Source: Klebsormidium nitens (Eukaryota; Plantae; Klebsormidiophyceae). Taken from it: a stretch of 64,000 nt of DNA. The stretch spans positions 186,001 through 250,000 of the forward strand of contig DF237011.1 in the NCBI GenBank assembly GCA_000708835.1, in the 5' to 3' direction. The notes beneath the pieces are model-generated. The model saw nothing but the letters and a program-made list of their open reading frames with translations. It was not told the origin of the DNA and did no database searches. Below are positions 58,312-64,000 of this stretch, piece after piece. The translations under genes were made by a program, and so were the position numbers. Numbering within the stretch: position 1 is the first letter of the stretch; every line of letters begins with the position of its first letter.

Positions 58312-59293
58312 CACTAGGACCGATAACTGTTCCCGAAAGGGAACACCGTTCCCTTTAGGGAACACTTAGCAAACGGGCGTTTTGACCGTCGATATTTTGG
58401 GCGGGTCGACGATATTTCTGCCACGTGGCACTTATGGGGCCTTTAGAGGTAAAACGGAACACAAATCCATGACCCACGCCAAATTTGGGTTAAGAAGCAA
58501 GGGTTAACTAGCAAAAGCATTAACCACGGCTAAAAACCCTAATTTTCAGAAAATTGCCGATATAACTATAGAGTTAGCAATGCTAACCATCAATGGTTAC
58601 CCCGGGGGACTCAAAAAGGTGTTTCCACCCGACGACCCTCAAAAAATAGATCACCAAGGTCTTTTTATGCTTCTTCCTAACCAAATGTACCCCAGTTTCC
58701 TGCGCTGTCACGCCTAGAAGTAGGCTATGTTGTCAAACCATATGAACGAGTTGAAGGCCGCTCTTAGCTTTAAAAGGGGGGTTGTATGTATGCATTGCAC
58801 CCATAAGATGCTTGGTGGTTCAAACAAAGTCCTTGTGCCCTACTTTGATCTTCAAAGCTTGGATTTTCAGCCATTTCGCTGGAAAACTGGTTTACCATAA
58901 GATATGGCTTGGTGATATTCATGCTTTTTTACCATGACTATCATGTAGATGCGTAAACTTTCTTATAAAGACCTAGTGGAAGCCCTATCATAAAGATTTT
59001 GCCATTTTTGGATGCGTAGATAGTAGTATATACACCATTTGATAAGTGTTCCCTAAAGGGAACACTGGGATTCTGGGCCCAGAATCTGCTGAAACCCCCA
59101 TATCATTTAGGTGACGTAGGCAAGTCAAAACACCGATTCTATGAAAACCCAAGCTACTAGTATTTAGCAATCACCTATATAGGGATAACCTAAGAAGGGT
59201 TTGAAAAAAATCCGGCAATTTCTTCAAATTTTGGCTTATTTTCGAAGAATTTAGCTGTTCCCTTTAGGGAACGGTTAGGTATCGGTCCTAGTG
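58312..59293. mobile_element. Non-autonomous TIR element, 982 bp, CACTA termini with palindromic subterminal motifs
   Basis: Perfect 14-bp TIRs CACTAGGACCGATA. GTTCCC-N4-GGGAAC occurs at 58329, 58348, 59048 and 59257. AT-rich non-coding interior. The left flank is TTAA and the right is TCCA, so there is no clean TSD; superfamily (CACTA or piggyBac) is unresolved. Confidence 0.8.
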
Positions 59294-61699
59294 TCCATTA
59301 ATCCATTGAAATCTATAATACTGGTCAGTGGTAACTGTAGGGTAGGTAGTAAAGTTACTACCTAGCCTGATTAATACTAGGTGGACCGTGGTACCCGGGG
59401 CCATCGTTCTCTATAGTAGGTTTAGTGAGCTCAAGTCTAGTACTGGGACGGGTAGGGTTAGTATGGTGGTTGGTGTGGGTGCGGGTGCGGAGCGGAATTG
59501 GGTTCAGGTTTTTAGTGTTAGCTCGTTCTTTAATATACTAAACCTTGAGCTCGAGTCGGCCCTGTTCAACAAGATCTTAATTTGTGCCAGCCCTGAAAAT
59601 CTGGGCATGAGTAACTCAGGCTGATATTCATCCAGCCATGTAGGACCTAGGTAGTAGCCTAGCCCCTTGCTGGCCCCTGGCCCCGGGGGCCGGGATACTT
59701 CTCTAGAACAAGTTCAGTTGGTTTGTCGAAATAGGTTTGTCGAAAGTTCGAAACTTTGCACTTCACTCCGAGTAGCCGGTTTGCTGTCCCGACTCCCCCC
59801 TCGCTCGCCTTGCTGCCGTAGTCCGGCATAACGTCAAGTCTCTTTCAAAGTTCAAAATGGGTTATAGAATACATTCCTTATTATGCTTGGCAACACATGC
59901 ATCTGACATAATCAGGTTGAGAACAAAGACGAGAGGTGTCGAAGAAGTGGGCAGTAGAAGCAGAGACGACCGCCGCGTTGGATATCTATGGCTCGGAAAA
60001 AGTTGCAAACCTTAATAGTTCAGGAAGAGGGCGCGCGCGCGCGCTGTGGACGCGCATGTTGTGCAAATGGAAAACTCCCCGCCCAGCCTGAGAAGCTCCC
60101 GTGCACGATTGGCAAAAAGTGACGCGCGCGCTCGGGAGTCAGTGGCGACCAATTAGGGCTGAGATTTGGTCATATTTAGTGAATGGCGTGAGATTCAATC
60201 CAAGCAACCGACGTAACTACTCTCCGTAGACATGGGCAGCAAAAACAAAAGTTTTGTGTGTCCTTCTCACTTTGAGGCATCCAGTATCTTCTTGTTACTG
60301 GCACTTCGCAAACAGTGGCTTCGTGCTTCAGTACGGTCCTTGAAGCTGCAAACGTATGCTAACTCAATGATGCTCGACCGACCACAGAGGACCCCGGATC
60401 GGCGTTATTAAACCTTATAAGGACGGCTCAACCCTTCGGCCAGCGCCCGGCGCAGTCAGCTATGGCCGTTAAGGAACCTGGAAAGCTCTTATACTTTGAT
60501 GCCCCCGTCCCCGTTCGACTAAAACGGGCCGGAGGCTTCGCACGAGTATTCCGCAAACCTCAGATCACAACACCGTACAGTCGGGTACGCGCTTCAGACT
60601 TGTCATCCAGCCGCTGAGGAGTGGCCCCTTGCTCCGCCAGCCGTCTTTTCGTCAGTGCCCGAAGGACCTTCATGTGAGCAGCTTCCGCTCTCGGCTTTCG
60701 TAAAGCTAGCGCCGCGTTTGAGTGCTCAGGCGCAAACACTTTGCAAGCCGGGTGCAGTTCGGAAATCAGGATACACAACACGTCGCCGTACAACTTGCAT
60801 GGTTGCTGTTTTCCTGTTTCGTGTCCACGTACAGAAGTAGAACTAGACTAAGGAGATTCTTTCAAAAGTACAGCAGGTTTGAACTGCAGCTGGTCTTGAC
60901 TATAGACTACGTACAAACGTGTACCATCAGTATTCGTAACCCTACGAGGAGGATAAAGAAGGTCTCGGTAACTGCAGCCGACAACAATTCTGGGGTGTAA
61001 CGGTCGGCTTCAACCGCAGTCGGAAAAATGAATGAGCGACGTACTGCTCAGTTCCACGCAATCGTTGCCGTATACAATAAACCTTTTCTGATCTAGAGGT
61101 GAAGAGGTAGAATTTGTGTGGGCCTGCCTTTCCCGCAGCTTGCGATCGACAGCAAACTTGAAGTCACCGCCAGATTCGACGATTCAAAGACACGAGAGCC
61201 ACACTAAAATCCGAACGGGATGCATCGCCAGTGAAAGGAGCAGAAGGCAGGTTCCGCGTTCACCTAATTCATGCGGCCGGCCACACAGAGTCTAGCTAAT
61301 TTGAACGTTCAATGCGTTGAACAGTATGTAATTGACCAAGTTGAACGTTTCGACGGCTTAATTTTCAACGTTCCCACGCTTCCGCAGTCGAGATGGGTGG
61401 CTCCATGAAAGTGGTTCATAACCTCGGATAAGGCAAGTTAACCCGGCCTCAGGAAGGGCCCATTCACTGCCAGAACTAGTGAGCGGAGACTGAATTATCT
61501 CTGCAAAAGTTCGGCCCGGCCGTAATATATACTCCTAACGGCAGCCAGTGCGAATTCTCACCACGAAACGACATGGCAAGTGCCATGGAGGTGCTTGTCA
61601 TTGTTTGCGCAAATAGCTTCTGTCGTAATACCTATCTGCTTCGATCACTTTTGGGCAGTCACCCGAAAGCCCATCTACAAGCCGGCCTGCGAGCGAAGA

Positions 61700-61718
61700 G
61701 CGCGCGCGCGCGCGCGCG
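61700..61718. repeat. (GC)9 tract; a (GC)7 tract lies at 60031-60044
   Basis: Alternating GC dinucleotide runs read directly. Confidence 0.85.
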
Positions 61719-64000
61719 TCCGCTGAAATCAAGTAGATTCAACTTGAAAACTGGCGTATACATCACACGGCAGCAGCTCACCCGATCCTGTGCACAGAGA
61801 CCTTGACGCGGGAATGAGCAAAGCTGCTGACATCACGTAGGTTCTCCCTGCGCGTCATTACTAGGTTCAGCTTTGCGAGGTTTAAGTATATATTATCCGT
61901 AGCTAGTTCCAACTTCTCCCTTTCCGTCATCAGGAGATGTAACAGTCAGCTGACTGCGGGTAAGCCAACAGATCAACCCTTCATCGCCGCTGCGACATTT
62001 TTACTCGGATTTAATTCCGTTCATTGCCCATATGCAAGCACTTTCGTGTCGGCGGTTATCCGGGAGTCTTGAGTCCGTCACTCCAACGCAGCCCGGGGTC
62101 CGCTTCGTTCTCACGCCGCGCGCGCCAGGATCCACGGTCTCACGGTGGCGCCACCTTGTTTTCAGGGGCCGGCTCCATTCATTTGCGGTAACAAGACTTG
62201 AGTGCAGACAATAACAAACAAGCAGGTGTTTATATTGTATGGTTGATATGGCCTGTCGGCATCGAAGGAAAGCAAGGATATTGGTTAGGCTACACCGCCG
62301 ACTGCGCAGAATCAATAGATCACACTGGATCACACGACGGCTTACTTGAACGTTCTCAGCCCTGGGAATACTGGATTCCAATGGCTCTGTTTCGCTTTGG
62401 AGGAAGTAGGAGCGTCTGAGGTGATTCAACCTCAGCGGGCCTCCCTTCATTGCCTAAAAGTAAGCGGAAAATGGACATTTTGCAACTGTAGCCCAAAAGT
62501 CTGGCAGCAGCCAGTGTGGGCACGATGGTGAAGCAATGAAGAATCCGAAAGGCAAGAGTTCTGTGAGATTCCTTTAGCAAATATCCTATGGCAGGCTGCT
62601 AGGTATCATCTCATTGCCGTCGACGTTTCGGGGTCAACCACTTAAGAAATGACGAGGCGGCCTGTGAGCGAAGCGCGCGCTCTGAACCTCAATTAGCCTT
62701 GCTTCATGAATAACCCAGCGGAGGCTGATGTGGCGCTTTGACGCAAATGAACTGTTATCAGGGGACCCAGACGCAGCAAGAAGCAAATAGACAAACCCAA
62801 AGGTGCCCGCCTCTGCGGGTGTTGGATCCAGAATCGCAAGCATTCGACCTGCATTTAATCCTCAGGAACGTCAGGATCACGCACTTCTGTATAAGAGTCA
62901 TCCGCTGAAGAAGTAAGTCCAGGAATCAGCCCGCGTCGCCGCTACCGACTTGTTGCTTAGACAAAGTCACCTGATCCCAACCAGCTCTGAATACGACAGT
63001 CGCTAACAGCTCCGAGATTCCGTTTTTGAACAGTCGCATGATTTACGCTTTTGCGTTGAGGTGGCTCGGTGGTGGAGCGGAAGCGGACTCGATCAGATCA
63101 GAGGGATCGATGTGGCTTCGCTAAAAGGTGGTGGTTGATATTGATTCCGCAGGGCGATTTCGAGGCCCGTCCTTGAAGGATAGAAGCCGGCTCCTGTCAA
63201 CGGCCGGGCCCGACTGGGTGATATAGATTTGTTTTGTCTGTCAGGAAAAAAAGAAGTCCTTTATTTCGAATCCAGCGGGGGGGAATATAGTTTTTGCTCG
63301 TCCGCCCAATCAATTGATGAGTCAAATGTTCCAATAAATTCGAGAGGTGATGGTTCCAGTGGCTGGAACTAACAGCCAATTTGCTCCATCATTCTCATTG
63401 CCCGGTGACTCTTCATTTGCAACATCCTGGATCGTGTGACCCAGCGCTTCTTAGTTCAGGCGCCGAGTCTCCTCTGAAGTGATCGTAGTATTTCTGAGTT
63501 TTTAGGGTCTTAAGGTTTTTCGGATTTTACCCTAAAACCATTGAAAAAAAGTGTGTTTTCTCTTCACCTTGAGCCGGTGATCCTTCAAAATCCTGCATTA
63601 GGTGGCGATGCAAGCCCTACTCGAGGTCCTGACGTTGCTTTCTCATGGCTTCACGAGCTTCTACTACGTGCGCAGGAGAATTGTGCGTAGCCAAACTTTC
63701 AAATCACGGCCGCAAAATTCAGTTTCGTACTCTTGTATGTTTATCTTTACTTTGCACGCACTGGTAGATCTGACAAAGATTGCAGGATAAGTCTCACTTA
63801 ACGTGGCTAGAGCTGACCTGGCTTTGAAGTTAGCGGTGTGAGCCGTGACCAAAGGTAAATTGCTTGGCCAATAGTATATAGGCTAAGAGGTTTCTAAAAG
63901 ATCTGTAGAACTCGCTAATGTGCTACTCTTCTGAACCGCATGCCTCGGGGTGGACATCATTCTATCGGATCGCGACCTTGCGTTGATCCAAGAGCAGATA

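Noticed and set aside
57785-58316. Inverted pair TAGTGTTAAAAGC / GCTTTTAACACTA as another transposon
   Set aside because: No TSD, and it straddles the boundary of the well-defined hAT element, so it cannot be a simple insertion.
60360-62450. Possible gene(s) near the right end (MASAME|GT at 61573; ORFs 60560-60793 and 62198-62419)
   Set aside because: I could not assemble a phase-consistent model or recognise any domain.
1-64000. CRISPR array, rRNA, tRNA or prokaryotic operon
   Set aside because: The recurring GRYVCCD-coding and 64-bp repeats are exon or junction duplicates without a repeat-spacer pattern; no tRNA cloverleaf or rRNA-like tract was seen.

Overview
Intron-rich eukaryotic nuclear DNA with GT-AG introns, no operon structure, and no rRNA, tRNA or CRISPR seen. 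The style and TTT(T)AGGG-like motifs suggest a green alga, possibly a Klebsormidium-like streptophyte; this is inference. I built the gene models by hand from splice sites and phase continuity. Left to right: (1) a minus-strand gene joining an atypical RING, TRAF-type zinc fingers and a bromodomain, running off the left edge; (2) a divergent ~1055-aa inward-rectifier (Kir/IRK-family) channel gene whose selectivity filter reads LFGGS instead of TxGYG; (3) a small membrane-protein gene and a ~200-aa secreted protein gene; (4) the dominant feature, four paralogous 8-exon genes (23.1-56.1 kb; orientations -,-,+,-) for secreted proteins built as signal peptide, two EGF-like modules, Pro-rich stalk, then three copies of a ~50-aa six-cysteine module I do not recognise (GxCG..FPxRCW[FY]NNDP.GRYVCCD..GC.GF...N..P.CK..G.VPP). 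Two copies are intact and two each carry one 1-nt frameshift. (5) A nest of non-autonomous DNA transposons at 56.5-59.5 kb, including a hAT-type element with a perfect 8-bp target-site duplication. Several introns contain decayed tandem copies of their own splice junctions.
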